DNA of 64,000 nt from an uncultured delta proteobacterium. GTDB lineage: Bacteria; Myxococcota_A; UBA9160; UBA4427. Made by a program: the position numbers and the translations under genes. The notes under the pieces are model-generated. The model saw only the letters and a program-made list of their open reading frames with translations, was not told the origin of the DNA and searched no databases. The stretch lies in assembly GCA_963822965.1 (NCBI GenBank), contig CAWGJT010000006.1, positions 800,001-864,000 on the forward strand, given 5' to 3'. This document shows positions 20,088 through 31,147 of the stretch, in pieces. Within the stretch, counting starts at the first letter, position 1. Each line of letters opens with the position of its first letter.

Positions 20088-22542
20088 TCAGGAGACGATG
20101 CCGTCGTCGACGAGCCGCCGGATCTGCTCGCCCGGGTAGCCCAGGATCTCGCCCAGCACCTGCTCGGTATCGGCGCCGAGACAGGGGGCCGGGGTGCGCA
20201 CGCCGTTGGGGCCGTTCGCCAGACGCCAGGGGATGCCCGCGTGCTTGCGGCGCCCCACCTCGGGGTGGGGCAGCTCCTCGAAGAAGCCACGGGCGGCGAG
20301 ATGCGGGTCGTCGACCAGGTCCCGGGGCGACATGGACGGGAACGCCGCGACGCCTGCGGCCTGCAGGACGCGGGTCACCTCCCAGCGGTCGCGGGCGGCC
20401 GTCCAGGACGACAGGCTCGCGTCCAGCTCGTCCTCGTTCCGCTTCCGCAGCGCGGCCGTCGCGAAGCGCGGATCGTCCGCGAGGCCTGCGGACACGACGC
20501 GGGCCAGGGCGCGCCACTCCTCGTCGTTCGCGCAGGCGATCGTCACCCAGTCGTCCTCGCCGGCGCAGGGATAGGCGTTGTGGGGCGCCATCCGGGGATC
20601 GCGATTTCCCATGCGCGGAGGCTGCGCGCCCTGCAGCACCCAGGCCATCCATCCCTCCAGCACGCCCGCCGCGGTCGCCTCCCACAGGGACACGTCGATG
20701 TGCTGGCCGCCCCCGTGGCGCTGGCGCGCGACCAGCGCGGCGCACACCGCGGCGGCGGCGGTGATGCCGGCAGCAGGATCGCCGAGGGAGATGCCGACCT
20801 CCGACGGCCCCAGCCCCGCGTAGCCCGAGAGCGTCGAGAGCCCCGAGAGCGGCGCGACGGCCGGACCGTAGGCCATGTACTCGCGCCACGGCCCGGTCTG
20901 GCCGTAGCCCGAAATGGAGGCCATCACGAGGTCCGGACGCACCGCGAGCAGGCTCTCGTAGTCGAGTCCCAGTCGTTCCATCACGCCGGTGGCGAAGTTC
21001 TCCACCAGGGCGTCGCTCCGGGCCACCAGCTCCTTCACCACGGGAATCGCGCCCGGGTGCCCGAGGTTCAGGTGCAGGCTCTTCTTGCCCTGGTTCCACT
21101 GGTTGAAGTAGCCCGAGCGGTCGAGGCCGGACTCCATGCCCTCGGGATAGATGGTGAGGCGCCTTCCCAGGTCGGGCCGGCCGGCGGACTCGATCTTGAT
21201 CACCTCGGCGCCGAGGTGCGCGAGGTGCATGGCCGCGAACGGCCCGGCCCACACCCAGGTGAGATCCACCACCCGGATGCCCTCGAGCGGAAGGCCCGAC
21301 GATCGGGACGAGCCGGCGGAAGGTCGCGCGGCGGCGGGCGCGGGACGCCGCCGCGGCGGCTTCGGCGAGCACCTCCTGCTGGTGCTCGCCCAGCAGCGGG
21401 GCGGCGCGACGCACCGCCCACCACGGCTCGCGCAGCACGTAGGGGGAGCCGGGCATCTCGAAGGACCCCGCACGCGGGTGGTCGACCCGGGCGAAGAACC
21501 CGCGCGCGCGCGGCTGCGGCTGCGCGGCCAGCCCTTCCATCGTGAGGACCGGCGCGACGCAGATCCGCCGCTTCTGCCCTTCGTGGAAGAGCTCGTCGAC
21601 CTTCCGGCCGGCGACCCACTCCTGCAGGAAGATGCGCAGGGCGTCCGCGTTGTGGAATCGGTTCTTCATGCTGTCGAAGAGCTCGAGGGACGCCCACTCG
21701 GGGTGCCCCATCAGCTCGACGAGCCGCTGCCATTGGTCCTCTTCGGGCGTGACGATGAAGATGAGACCGTCGCGGCACGCATAGATGCCCCAGGGATTGA
21801 GCCCGCGGGCGCCGAAGCGGCTGGCGAGCACACCGGGATAGGTCCAGTAGACGAGCGCCGCCTCGATGAACGACGCCACGTAGGCCTGCTCGGCCAGGTC
21901 CACGTGCTCGCCCTCGCCGGTGCGCTGGGCGCGGTAGAAGGCGGCGAGCGAAGCCGCGCAGGCCGCCACGCCGGTCTGGAAGTCCGACTGGTGGCCGAAG
22001 GCCTTGAGCGGCGGCAGGTCGGGATGCTCGGAGGCGCCGGGGCTCACCCACGCCCAGCCGCCCCCGTGCGCCAGGGTGATCTCCTCGGCGCGGTAGTCGC
22101 GATGGGGTCCGGTGAGACCGAAGGGCGTGATCGAGCAGAGCACGAGGGCGGGACGGAGGGAACGCAGCCGCTCGTAGTCGACGCCGAGCGCGTCCATGCG
22201 GCCGGGCGTCAGGTCGTGGACCAGGATGTCGGCACCGGCCACCAGGGCGTCGAAACGAGCGCGGTCGCCCGGCTCCTCGAGATCGAGCACGACCGAACGC
22301 TTGTTGATGTTGAGCGTGAGGAAGAGACCGCTCCGCTCCGGATCCGCCCCGTCCGCGTCCGGCGGGAAGGGGCCGCGCTGGCGCGCCGGGTCGCCGCCGG
22401 GCGGCTCGATCTTGATCACGTCCGCGCCGAGATCGGCCATCATCCGGGTGGCGAAGGGCGCCGACACGAGCCCGCCCAGCTCCAGAACACGCACGCCGTC
22501 GAGCCCCTGCAAGGCCGTCCTCCCCGGGCGATGGCCCGACAC
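20088..22542 (-). CDS. Double-domain family III CoA-transferase (CaiB/BaiF), frameshift in the linker near 21330
   Basis: Two repeats: LDGVRVLEL...DLGADVIKIE...NINKRS and LEGIRVVDL..VWAGP...HLGAEVIKIE...NQGKKS. Confidence 0.85.
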
Positions 22543-22578
22543 GATTCTACGGGATGCTGGGTTACCCTGGCAGCTCGC

Positions 22579-23667
22579 ATGTCCGCTCCCTCCATCGTGA
22601 CCGACCCGCGACAGGTGGATGCCGCCTGGCTGACCGCCGTGCTGCACCACGCCGGCGTCGGCTCCGGGACGCGCGTGAAGGCGACCCGATCGCAGGGCGT
22701 GGGGACGGGACAGATGGGGCGTAACGTGCGCTTCGCCCTCGACTGGGAGGGCGGCCCGCAGGACGAGCTGCCGGCGAGCGTCGTCGGCAAGTTTCCCTCG
22801 GACGACCCCACGAGTCGGGCCACGGGAGCCTCCCAGGGCGCCTACGAGAAGGAGGTCCGCTTCTATCGCGAGCTCCGGCACACCGTCGGGATCCGAACCC
22901 CCCGTTGCTTCTTCGCCGACGTCGAACCGGCGACCGGCGACTTCGTGATGGTGATGGAGGACCTGGCGCCCGCGCTGCAGGGCGACCAGCTCGCCGGCTG
23001 CAGCGTCGACCAGGCCGCCCTCGCGCTCGCCGAGGCCGCCCGTCTCCACGCACCCCGTTGGGGGGACCCGACGCTCGAAGACCTGGGCTTCCTGGTCCGT
23101 CCCGGCCCGGAGTCCGCCGAGGGCCTGCAGGCCATCTACAAGATGCTCTGGCCCGGCTTCGCGGAGCGCTATGGCGACACCCTGGACGCGGAGGCGTTGG
23201 GCCTCTCGCAACGCCTGGGCGACCGTCTCGCCGCCTGGGTGCTGGAAGGCACGACCCCGCTCACGCTGGTGCACGGCGACTACCGCCTGGACAACATGCT
23301 CTTCGGCACGAGCGAGGGCGGATATCCCCTGGCCGTGGTGGACTGGCAGACCGTGGGGCTCGGCCGCGCCCTCGCCGACGCCGCCTATTTCATGGGGGCG
23401 TCGCTGCTCGAGGTGGATCGTCGCGCTCACGAACAGGCCCTGCTCCGCGACTACCACGAGCGCCTGCAGGCCGGCGGCGTCCGCGACTACTCCTTCGACC
23501 AGTGCTTCCACGACTACCGCCGCAACACGTTCGGCGGGGTCGTGATGGCCGTCGTCGCTTCGATGATCGTCGAACAGACAGCGCGAGGAGACGAGATGTT
23601 CCTCGCCATGGCGTCCCGTCACGCCGCCCATGCCCTGGACCTCGAATCCGAGGCCCTTCTCCGCTGA
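22579..23667 (+). CDS. APH/ecdysteroid-kinase-like phosphotransferase
   Basis: GTGQMG, EVRFY, HGDYRLDN, VDWQ. Confidence 0.85.
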   Translation: MSAPSIVTDPRQVDAAWLTAVLHHAGVGSGTRVKATRSQGVGTGQMGRNVRFALDWEGGPQDELPASVVGKFPSDDPTSRATGASQGAYEKEVRFYRELRHTVGIRTPRCFFADVEPATGDFVMVMEDLAPALQGDQLAGCSVDQAALALAEAARLHAPRWGDPTLEDLGFLVRPGPESAEGLQAIYKMLWPGFAERYGDTLDAEALGLSQRLGDRLAAWVLEGTTPLTLVHGDYRLDNMLFGTSEGGYPLAVVDWQTVGLGRALADAAYFMGASLLEVDRRAHEQALLRDYHERLQAGGVRDYSFDQCFHDYRRNTFGGVVMAVVASMIVEQTARGDEMFLAMASRHAAHALDLESEALLR

Positions 23668-23710
23668 ATCTCCGGCCGCGGGTCCGGCCAGGCAACCGAA
23701 GGAGAGAACG

Positions 23711-24937
23711 ATGAGCAAGCCGCTCGAAGGCATCCGAATCCTCGAAGTCGCGCAGTGGTGGTTCGTTCCCAGCGCCGGGGCGCTGCTCGCCGACTGGGGC
23801 GCCGAGGTGATCAAGGTGGAGCACCCCGAGGTCGGCGATCCCCAGCGCGGGCTCGTCACGTCGGGCCTGCTGCCCAAGGGCGGCTTCAACTTCATGTGGG
23901 AGCAGCCGAACCACGGCAAGAAGAGCGTCGGCATCGACATCAAGACCGACGGCGGGCGCGAGCTCGTCTACCGACTCGCCGAGCGCTCCGACGTGTTCCT
24001 GACGAGCTTCCTGCCCGACGCGCGGGAGCGGCTCAAGATCGACGTCGAGGACATCCGTCGGGTGAACCCGAAGATCATCTACGCCCGGGGGACGGGACAG
24101 GGCGTGCGCGGTCCCGACGCCCGGCGCGGCGGCTACGACGGCGCCTCCTACTGGGCGCGCGGCGGCATCGCCTCGGCGATCAGCGGGTCCAACCACGAGG
24201 GACCGCCCGTCGGGCAGCGGCCCGCCTTCGGAGACAGCATCGGCGGCATGACCATCGCCGGCGGCATCGCCTCGGCGCTCTTCAAGCGCGAGCGCACGGG
24301 CGAGCCCTCGGTGATCGACATCTCGCTGCTGGCCGTCGCCCTGTGGAACATCTCCGCCGACATCACCATGGCGAAGGCCCTGGAGGCGCTGGGGCTCAAG
24401 GGCGGAATGCCCAAGATGGACCGCACCCGCGTCCCGAATCCCATCGTCAACGCCTACCCGACGAAGGACGGGCGCTGGATCATGCTCATCATGCTGCAGT
24501 CGGACCGCAACTGGCCCGACCTGTGCCAGCACCTGGGGCGCCCCGACCTGATCGCGGATCCGCGCTTCGAGAACGCCGCGAAGCGCGCCGAGAACGGTGC
24601 CGCGTGCGTGGCGATCCTCGACGAGATCTTCCGCAGCCGCACCCTGGAGGAGTGGAAGCAGATCCTCGCCACCACCGACGGCGTCTGGGCGCCGGTGCAG
24701 CACCCGGGCGAGCTCTACGACGATCCCCAGGTGATCGCCAACGGCTATCTCCCGAAGGCCACCCTGAACGACGGCGGCGAGGCGCAGCTCGTCGCCAACC
24801 CGGTGCAGTTCGACGAGCAGCCCTACGCGCTGTCGGGCGCGCCGGAGTGCGGGCAGAACACCGAGGAGGTGCTGCTGGAGCTCGGCCTCGACTGGGACGA
24901 CCTCGCGCGGTACAAGCAGGACAAGGCGATCCTCTGA
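23711..24937 (+). CDS. Family III CoA-transferase
   Basis: PLEGIRILE, DWGAEVIKVE, NHGKKS, GD..GG. Confidence 0.9.
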   Translation: MSKPLEGIRILEVAQWWFVPSAGALLADWGAEVIKVEHPEVGDPQRGLVTSGLLPKGGFNFMWEQPNHGKKSVGIDIKTDGGRELVYRLAERSDVFLTSFLPDARERLKIDVEDIRRVNPKIIYARGTGQGVRGPDARRGGYDGASYWARGGIASAISGSNHEGPPVGQRPAFGDSIGGMTIAGGIASALFKRERTGEPSVIDISLLAVALWNISADITMAKALEALGLKGGMPKMDRTRVPNPIVNAYPTKDGRWIMLIMLQSDRNWPDLCQHLGRPDLIADPRFENAAKRAENGAACVAILDEIFRSRTLEEWKQILATTDGVWAPVQHPGELYDDPQVIANGYLPKATLNDGGEAQLVANPVQFDEQPYALSGAPECGQNTEEVLLELGLDWDDLARYKQDKAIL

Positions 24938-24974
24938 CCCGGCGCCGCTGGCGACGGCGGGCGGCGGGTCCGCT

Positions 24975-25766
24975 TCATCGCGGCTTGCGGAACTGCCGGA
25001 AGTCCGGCTCGCGCTTCTGCAGGAAGGCGGTCACCGCCTCGCGGTTCTCGGGCGATCCGGCCATCACCGCCATCCCGGCGTCCTCGGCGGTGCGCGCCGC
25101 GAGGATGCCCGCCGCATGCGCCACCTTGAGGGTGCGCTTCGTCGCCTGCAGCGCCGCCACCGGCCAGCGGGCGATCTCCCGGGCCTTGGCGAGGGTGGCC
25201 GCGAGCAGCTCGCCGTCCGGGAAGGCCCGCGCGGCCAGGCCCACCTCGAGCGCTCGCTCGGCGCCGACCCACTCGGCGGTGAAGAAGAGCTCGGCCGCGC
25301 GCTGGCGCCCGATGGCGGATTGCAGCGTGTAGCTGCTGGCCAGCTCGGGCACCAGGCCCAGGCTCACGAAGGGAAGCCGCAGACGCAGGCTCTCGCCCAC
25401 GTAGACCACGTCGCAGGCGATCGCGAGGGTGGCGCCGCCGCCGACGGCCACCCCCTTCACGGCGGCCAGCAGCGGCTTGTCGAAGGCGAAGACGGCGTCG
25501 ACGCAGCCGTGGAAGCCCGTGGGGTTCCCGTCCGCGCGAGGCTCGCCCGCCCCCACGAACGCCGACAGGTCCTGGCCGGCCGAGAAGTCGCTGCCCGCGC
25601 CCGTCAACACCACGACGGCCACCGAGGCGTCGCCCCGCGCCCGGTTCAACGCGTCGCGCAGACCGTCCCACTGCGCCTCGTCGAAGGCGTTCTTCTTCTG
25701 AGGCCGGTTCAGGGTGACGAGCAGCACCCCATCCTCGTATTGCTGCAGCACGGGCCCTTCGCTCAC
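24975..25766 (-). CDS. Enoyl-CoA hydratase/isomerase family protein
   Basis: LNRPQKKNAF, FSAGQDL, AVGGG, GLVPE. Confidence 0.9.
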   Translation of the reverse strand: MSEGPVLQQYEDGVLLVTLNRPQKKNAFDEAQWDGLRDALNRARGDASVAVVVLTGAGSDFSAGQDLSAFVGAGEPRADGNPTGFHGCVDAVFAFDKPLLAAVKGVAVGGGATLAIACDVVYVGESLRLRLPFVSLGLVPELASSYTLQSAIGRQRAAELFFTAEWVGAERALEVGLAARAFPDGELLAATLAKAREIARWPVAALQATKRTLKVAHAAGILAARTAEDAGMAVMAGSPENREAVTAFLQKREPDFRQFRKPR

Positions 25767-25964
25767 TGGGTCTCCTCTGTCGGCCACTTCTTCGGCCTCG
25801 CCACCGACCTCGTCTCCGGCGTCGCCACCGCCCTGGTCCTCGGTCCGCCTACTCCCGGGCCGGCGGAGACGGTAGGCTCTCGGGTCCCATCCGCAATCGA
25901 ACGGCGACCCGGGGCAGGGAGCTCGGGGCGGCACTCGAAGCGAAGAAGCGAAGAGAGGAAGGCG

Positions 25965-26771
25965 ATGATCGACATCCTCAAGTACCAGGGAAAGATCTGC
26001 GTGGTGACGGGCGCCGCCTCGGGCATGGGGGGCGCTTGCGCGAGCATCCTCACCGAGCTCGGTGCCGAGGTCGTCGGTCTCGACGTCCAGGACGTGAACG
26101 TGCCGGTCAAGGAATCGATGAAGCTCGACCTGATGCGGGAAGAGTCCATCGACGAGGTGGTGTCGCGGCTTCCGGACCGGATCGACCGGCTCTTCAACTG
26201 CGCGGGGGTGCCGGGGGCGCCGCGCTTCTCGGCCCTCGACACCATGGTGGTCAACTTCGTCGGCCTCCGGCATCTCACGGAAGCGGTGCTTCCCCGCATT
26301 CCCCGGGGCGGCGCCGTCGCGAGCATCACCTCCGTCGCCGGCATGGGCTACCAGAAGAACCTCGAGAAGGTGAACGAGCTGCTGGCCATCGAGGACTTCT
26401 CCCAGGCCCGCGCCTGGTGCGAGGCGAACCCGGAGACCGCCAACGGCTACCTCTTCTCCAAGCAGATGATCATCGGATACACCAAGGCGCGGGCGGCCGC
26501 GCTCGCGGAGCGCGAGGTGCGCATCAACTGCCTGAGCCCCGCGCCCACGGACACCCCGATGATGCCCGCCTTCTACGAGGCCGCGCCCAAGGAGTTCATG
26601 GACGAGCACTTCCAGGCGCCGGTCGGCCGCAACGCCACGCCCGAGGAGATGGCCGAGCCGCTCATCCTGCTGAACAGCGAGGCCGCGCGCTTCGTCAGCG
26701 GACACAATCTCTTCGTCGACTACGGCTACGCCGGCTCGGTCCACATGGGGCAGCGTCCGGCCCTGCTCTGA
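25965..26771 (+). CDS. SDR oxidoreductase (coniferyl-alcohol/3-alpha-HSD-like subgroup)
   Basis: TGAASGMG, NCAG, YLFSK. Confidence 0.85.
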   Translation: MIDILKYQGKICVVTGAASGMGGACASILTELGAEVVGLDVQDVNVPVKESMKLDLMREESIDEVVSRLPDRIDRLFNCAGVPGAPRFSALDTMVVNFVGLRHLTEAVLPRIPRGGAVASITSVAGMGYQKNLEKVNELLAIEDFSQARAWCEANPETANGYLFSKQMIIGYTKARAAALAEREVRINCLSPAPTDTPMMPAFYEAAPKEFMDEHFQAPVGRNATPEEMAEPLILLNSEAARFVSGHNLFVDYGYAGSVHMGQRPALL

Positions 26772-26825
26772 TCCGAGGCACGGATCGAACGGCGCAGGGG
26801 GCGAACCGGGAGGAACGGGAGCCAG

Positions 26826-27696
26826 GTGCAGGACTTCGCAGGCAAGACGGCGGTCGTGACGGGAGCCGCCTCCGGCATCGGACGCGCGCTGGCGCTCCAC
26901 GCCGCCTCCCTGGGCATGCACGTCGCGCTCGCGGACGTGGAAGCGGACGCCCTCCGCGGGGCGACCGAGGACGTGGAAGAGGCCGGGGGCCGCGCCATCG
27001 GCGTCGTGACCGACGTGAGCCGACCCGACGCGCTCCGCGAGCTGGCCGATCGCACCCTGGACGCGTTCGGCGGCGTCCATCTGCTGTGCAACAACGCCGG
27101 CGTCTTCGCCGCGGGCGGCACGGTGTGGGAGACGCCGCTCGCCGACTTCGAGTGGCAGTTCGCCGTGAACGTGATGGGCATCGTGCACGGGCTGCGCGCC
27201 TTCGTCCCCATCCTGCTCGAGCAGGGCCAGGAAGCCCACATCGTGAACACGGCCTCGATGGCCGCGGTCACGAGCTCTCCCTTGTCGGCGGGCTACTACG
27301 CCAGCAAGCACGCGGCGCTCTCGATCTCCGAGACCCTCTACCACGAGCTGACCCAGCGGGGCGCTTCCATCGGCGTCTCGGTGCTGTGCCCCGAGCTGGT
27401 GGCGACGCGCATCGGGCACGCCGAGCGGAACCGCCCCGAGCTCTACGCCCGCAAGGAAGAAGATCCCGCGGAGCATCCCGAGCGCGACCTCGTCGAGGCG
27501 GCGCTCCGCGAGTTCACGAAGACCGGGGCGCCACCGGCGGTGCTGGCGGAGCGCACCTTCGAGGCCGTTCGCAGCGAGCGATTCTACGTGTTTCCGACCG
27601 CGAAGACCGGCTGGCGACGCGCCTGCGAAACCCGCCTCGAAGACATCCGGACGCGAGCGCAACCCCACCTTCGTTCCCACGACGAGCAACGCCTGA
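26826..27696 (+). CDS. SDR oxidoreductase; probable frameshift near the C-terminus
   Basis: TGAASGIG, NNAG, YYASK; a plausible end NPTFVPTTSNA* lies in the shifted frame. Confidence 0.85.
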
Positions 27697-27736
27697 GCGG
27701 TCCCGCACGGGCGACCGCAAACCGCGAGGTCCTGCC

Positions 27737-28690
27737 ATGGCGACTCCCATCCAGCAGCCCTACGGCGCTCCCGGAGACGGCGCGCGCCGGATTTCCGTCC
27801 CGGCCTTCCTGCACCTGAAGCCCGGACCCCGCGCCTGCGTGCGCGAGGAGCGCGCCCGGCTCGCGGCGCTCTCGTTCGAGCGCATCCGCGTCCGCCCCCT
27901 GGCGCCGACGATCGGCGCCGAGATCGCGGGCGTCGACCTGGGAAACCTCGACGACGCGACCTTCGAGGAGGTGCGGCGCGCGTGGCTGGCCTTCAAGGTG
28001 GTCTTCTTCCGCGACCAGCGGATCGACGCCCGGCAGCAGATGGCGTTCGGACGCCGCTTCGGCGAGCTCGAGCACCACCCCTTCCTCGCCGCCAACGCCG
28101 CCCACGACGAGATCGTCCGCTTCGAGAAGGACGAGCAGACCGTGGGCTACGAGAACCTCTGGCACAGCGACGTGAGCTGGCGGGAGAAGCCGGCTCTGGC
28201 CTCCGTGCTGCGCGCCATCGAGGTTCCGGCCCTGGGCGGCGACACCCTCTTCGCGGACATGGTCACCGCCTACGAAGGCCTGGACGCCGACGTCAAGCAG
28301 CGCATCGAGGGGCTCACGGCCGTGCACGACTTCACCCACAGCTTCGGCCGGGGACTGTCGACCGAGGACCTGGCGGAGAAGCAGAAGCAGTTTCCGGCCG
28401 TGAGCCATCCGGTGGTGCGGACGCACCCGGAGACCGGGCGGCGCATCCTCTACGTGAACTCGATCTTCACCAGCCACATCGAGGGTCTCGATCCGGACGA
28501 GAGCACCGCGCTCCTCGACCTGCTCTGCCGCCAGGCCACGGTGCCGGAGTACCAGTGCCGCTTCCGCTGGGAGAAGGGCTCGGTAGCGTTCTGGGACAAC
28601 CGCGCCGTGCAGCACTACGCCGCGTCGGACTACTGGCCGGAGCACCGCGTGATGGAGCGCATCGCGATCGTCGGAGAGCGGCCCCGCTGA
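27737..28690 (+). CDS. TauD/TfdA family dioxygenase (second paralog)
   Basis: WHSDV, GGDTLFAD, HPVVRTHP, WDNRAVQH. Confidence 0.92.
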   Translation: MATPIQQPYGAPGDGARRISVPAFLHLKPGPRACVREERARLAALSFERIRVRPLAPTIGAEIAGVDLGNLDDATFEEVRRAWLAFKVVFFRDQRIDARQQMAFGRRFGELEHHPFLAANAAHDEIVRFEKDEQTVGYENLWHSDVSWREKPALASVLRAIEVPALGGDTLFADMVTAYEGLDADVKQRIEGLTAVHDFTHSFGRGLSTEDLAEKQKQFPAVSHPVVRTHPETGRRILYVNSIFTSHIEGLDPDESTALLDLLCRQATVPEYQCRFRWEKGSVAFWDNRAVQHYAASDYWPEHRVMERIAIVGERPR

Positions 28691-28728
28691 GTCCGCCGGA
28701 CCCCCGAACCCACACCCTGGAGAGCCCC

Positions 28729-30144
28729 ATGCAGGATTCCTCCCCGCATCCCCTCGTCATCGACGGTCGGACCGTCGCCGCCGAAGCCAGCTTCCCGGTG
28801 ATCGATCCGTCGACGGGCGCCGCGTTCGCCGAGTGTCCGGACTGCTCGCGCGCCCAGCTCGACCTCGCCGTGCAGTCCGCCCAGAAGGCCTTCCGGCCGT
28901 GGGCGTCGGACCTGCCCGCCCGCCGCGAGGCCCTCGTCCGCTGTGCGGACGTGCTCGCGCCGGAGGCCGAGCGCATCGGTGCGCTGCTGACCCGCGAGCA
29001 GGGCAAGCCCCTGGCGGAAGCCGTCGCCGAGGTGCACGGCGCCGCGTTCTGGCTGCGTCACACCGCCGGCCTCGAGATCCCCGTCGAGCGGCTCCACGAA
29101 GACGACGACACCCGCATCGAGCTCCATCGGAAGCCCCTGGGCGTCGTGGCGGCGATCACGCCCTGGAACTTCCCCATCGTCCTCTCGGTGTGGAAGATCG
29201 CCTCGGGGCTGCTCGCCGGAAACACCATGGTCCTCAAGCCCTCTCCCTTCACGCCCCTCTCGAGCCTCGAGATGGGCCGCGTCCTGCAGCAGGCCCTGCC
29301 GCCGGGCGTCCTGAACGTGGTCGCGGGCGGCGACGACCTCGGACGCTGGCTGAGCGAGCACCCGGCCGTCCGCAAGATCTCGTTCACGGGCTCCGTCGCC
29401 ACGGGCAAGAAGATCGCCGCCGTCGCGGCACCAGACCTGAAGCGGGTCACCCTCGAGCTGGGAGGCAACGATCCGGCGATCGTGCTCGCGGACGTCGATC
29501 CGAAGCAGATCGCCGAGAAGCTCTTCTGGGGCGCGTTCCGGAACGCCGGGCAGATCTGCATCGCCGTGAAGCGGGTCTACGCCGAGGAGAAGGTCTACCA
29601 GCCGCTCGTCGACGCCCTGGCCGAGGTCGCCCGGAACGTCGTGGTGGGAAGCGGGCTCGACCCCGCGACGCAGATGGGTCCCATCAACAACCGGCCGCAG
29701 TTCGATCGGGTGAACGAGCTGATCGAGTCGGCCCGCCGCGACGGTGCCCGCTTCGCGGTGGGAGGCGAGCCGATGTCGGGCCCCGGCTACTTCGTGCGAC
29801 CCACGCTGGTGACGGAGATCACCGACGGGTCGCGACTCGTCGACGAGGAGCAGTTCGGCCCCGTCCTGCCGATCATCCCCGTGCGCAGCGCCGAGGACGC
29901 CGTCGCGCGCGCGAACGCCAGCCACTTCGGTCTGGGTGGCTCCGTGTGGACGAACGACACCGCCCGGGGCGCCTCGCTCGCGCGCGAGCTGGAATGCGGA
30001 ACCGCCTGGGTGAACCAGCACGGCGCCCTCACCCCGTTCGCGCCCTTCGGCGGCTGCAAGTGGTCCGGCCTCGGCTACGAGAACGGGCCCTGGGGACTCG
30101 CCGCCTTCACCGAGCTGCAGGTGCTGAGCGTCGCCAAGCGCTGA
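28729..30144 (+). CDS. Aldehyde dehydrogenase
   Basis: PWNFP, FTGS, LELGGND, GQIC, EEQFGP. Confidence 0.95.
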   Translation: MQDSSPHPLVIDGRTVAAEASFPVIDPSTGAAFAECPDCSRAQLDLAVQSAQKAFRPWASDLPARREALVRCADVLAPEAERIGALLTREQGKPLAEAVAEVHGAAFWLRHTAGLEIPVERLHEDDDTRIELHRKPLGVVAAITPWNFPIVLSVWKIASGLLAGNTMVLKPSPFTPLSSLEMGRVLQQALPPGVLNVVAGGDDLGRWLSEHPAVRKISFTGSVATGKKIAAVAAPDLKRVTLELGGNDPAIVLADVDPKQIAEKLFWGAFRNAGQICIAVKRVYAEEKVYQPLVDALAEVARNVVVGSGLDPATQMGPINNRPQFDRVNELIESARRDGARFAVGGEPMSGPGYFVRPTLVTEITDGSRLVDEEQFGPVLPIIPVRSAEDAVARANASHFGLGGSVWTNDTARGASLARELECGTAWVNQHGALTPFAPFGGCKWSGLGYENGPWGLAAFTELQVLSVAKR

Positions 30145-30162
30145 GCACCGCCAGGAGTCCCG

Positions 30163-31068
30163 ATGCCGAAGTTCGAGAACCTGCTCTACGAAGCCTCTCG
30201 CGGGCGGGCTCGCGTCACCCTGAACCGCCCGGAGAAGAGGAACGCCCTCTCCTGGCAGCTGCAGCGCGAGCTGTGCGAGGCCCTGTGGGAGGCGGACAAC
30301 GACCGGGAGGTGCACGCCGTGCTGCTGCGGGGCGCGGGCCCGTCGTTCTGCGCCGGCTACGACCTGGCTCCCGAGCCGGGCGACCGGCCACCCCGGGGCG
30401 ACGCCGACCGCAAGTATCGCGGCTATCGCAGCTTCGAGGACGACGCCTGGCAGCTCGAGCGGGAGCAGCGCATGCGCATGGCGATCTTCGACATGCACAA
30501 GCCGGTGGTCGCCCAGGTGCACGGCCATTGCCTGGCCGGCGGGACCGACATCGCGCTGCTCTGCGACATGATCATCGCGGCCGACGACGCGGTGTTCGGC
30601 TTCCCGCCGGCACGCGATCTCGGCGCGCTTCCCAACAACATGTGGCTCTACAACGTCGGCCCCCAGTGGGCGAAGCGGCTCACCCTGACGGGCGACACGA
30701 TCACCGGGGCGGAGGCCGCCAGGATCGGGCTGGTATTGAAGTCTGTTCCGGCGGACCTGCTCGAGGCCGAGGTCGAGGGCCTGGTCGACCGGCTGGCGCA
30801 GATCGACGTGGAGCTGCTGGCCGCCAACAAGCGGATCATCAACCTGGGCCTCGAGCTGATGGGGGCTCGCACCCTGCAGCGCCTCGCCGCGGAGAACGAC
30901 GCGCGCGGGCACCAGACCCCGAGCGCCGCCGGCTTCCGCAAGGCCGCGGTCGAGAAGGGCCTGAAGGAGGCGATCCGCGAGCGGGACGCGAAGTTCGGCG
31001 ACGGACGCGCCCGGGTCGAAGGTCCCGAGATCCGGGACGCGCGGGGCTTCCTGGTCGACGAGGACTGA
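30163..31068 (+). CDS. Crotonase/enoyl-CoA hydratase family protein
   Basis: LNRPEKRNAL, FCAGYDL, CLAGG. Confidence 0.9.
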   Translation: MPKFENLLYEASRGRARVTLNRPEKRNALSWQLQRELCEALWEADNDREVHAVLLRGAGPSFCAGYDLAPEPGDRPPRGDADRKYRGYRSFEDDAWQLEREQRMRMAIFDMHKPVVAQVHGHCLAGGTDIALLCDMIIAADDAVFGFPPARDLGALPNNMWLYNVGPQWAKRLTLTGDTITGAEAARIGLVLKSVPADLLEAEVEGLVDRLAQIDVELLAANKRIINLGLELMGARTLQRLAAENDARGHQTPSAAGFRKAAVEKGLKEAIRERDAKFGDGRARVEGPEIRDARGFLVDED

Positions 31069-31147
31069 ACCGAGACGAGGTCGTCCGACGGACCCGCGTC
31101 GGACCGGCCGTCGGGATCGCGGCACGACCCATCCCGGAAGGAGAACC

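Noticed and set aside
19834..23943. 1369-aa minus-strand ORF
   Set aside because: Only about 21330-22542 is real (first CoA-transferase domain); the rest is antisense to real genes or off-frame.
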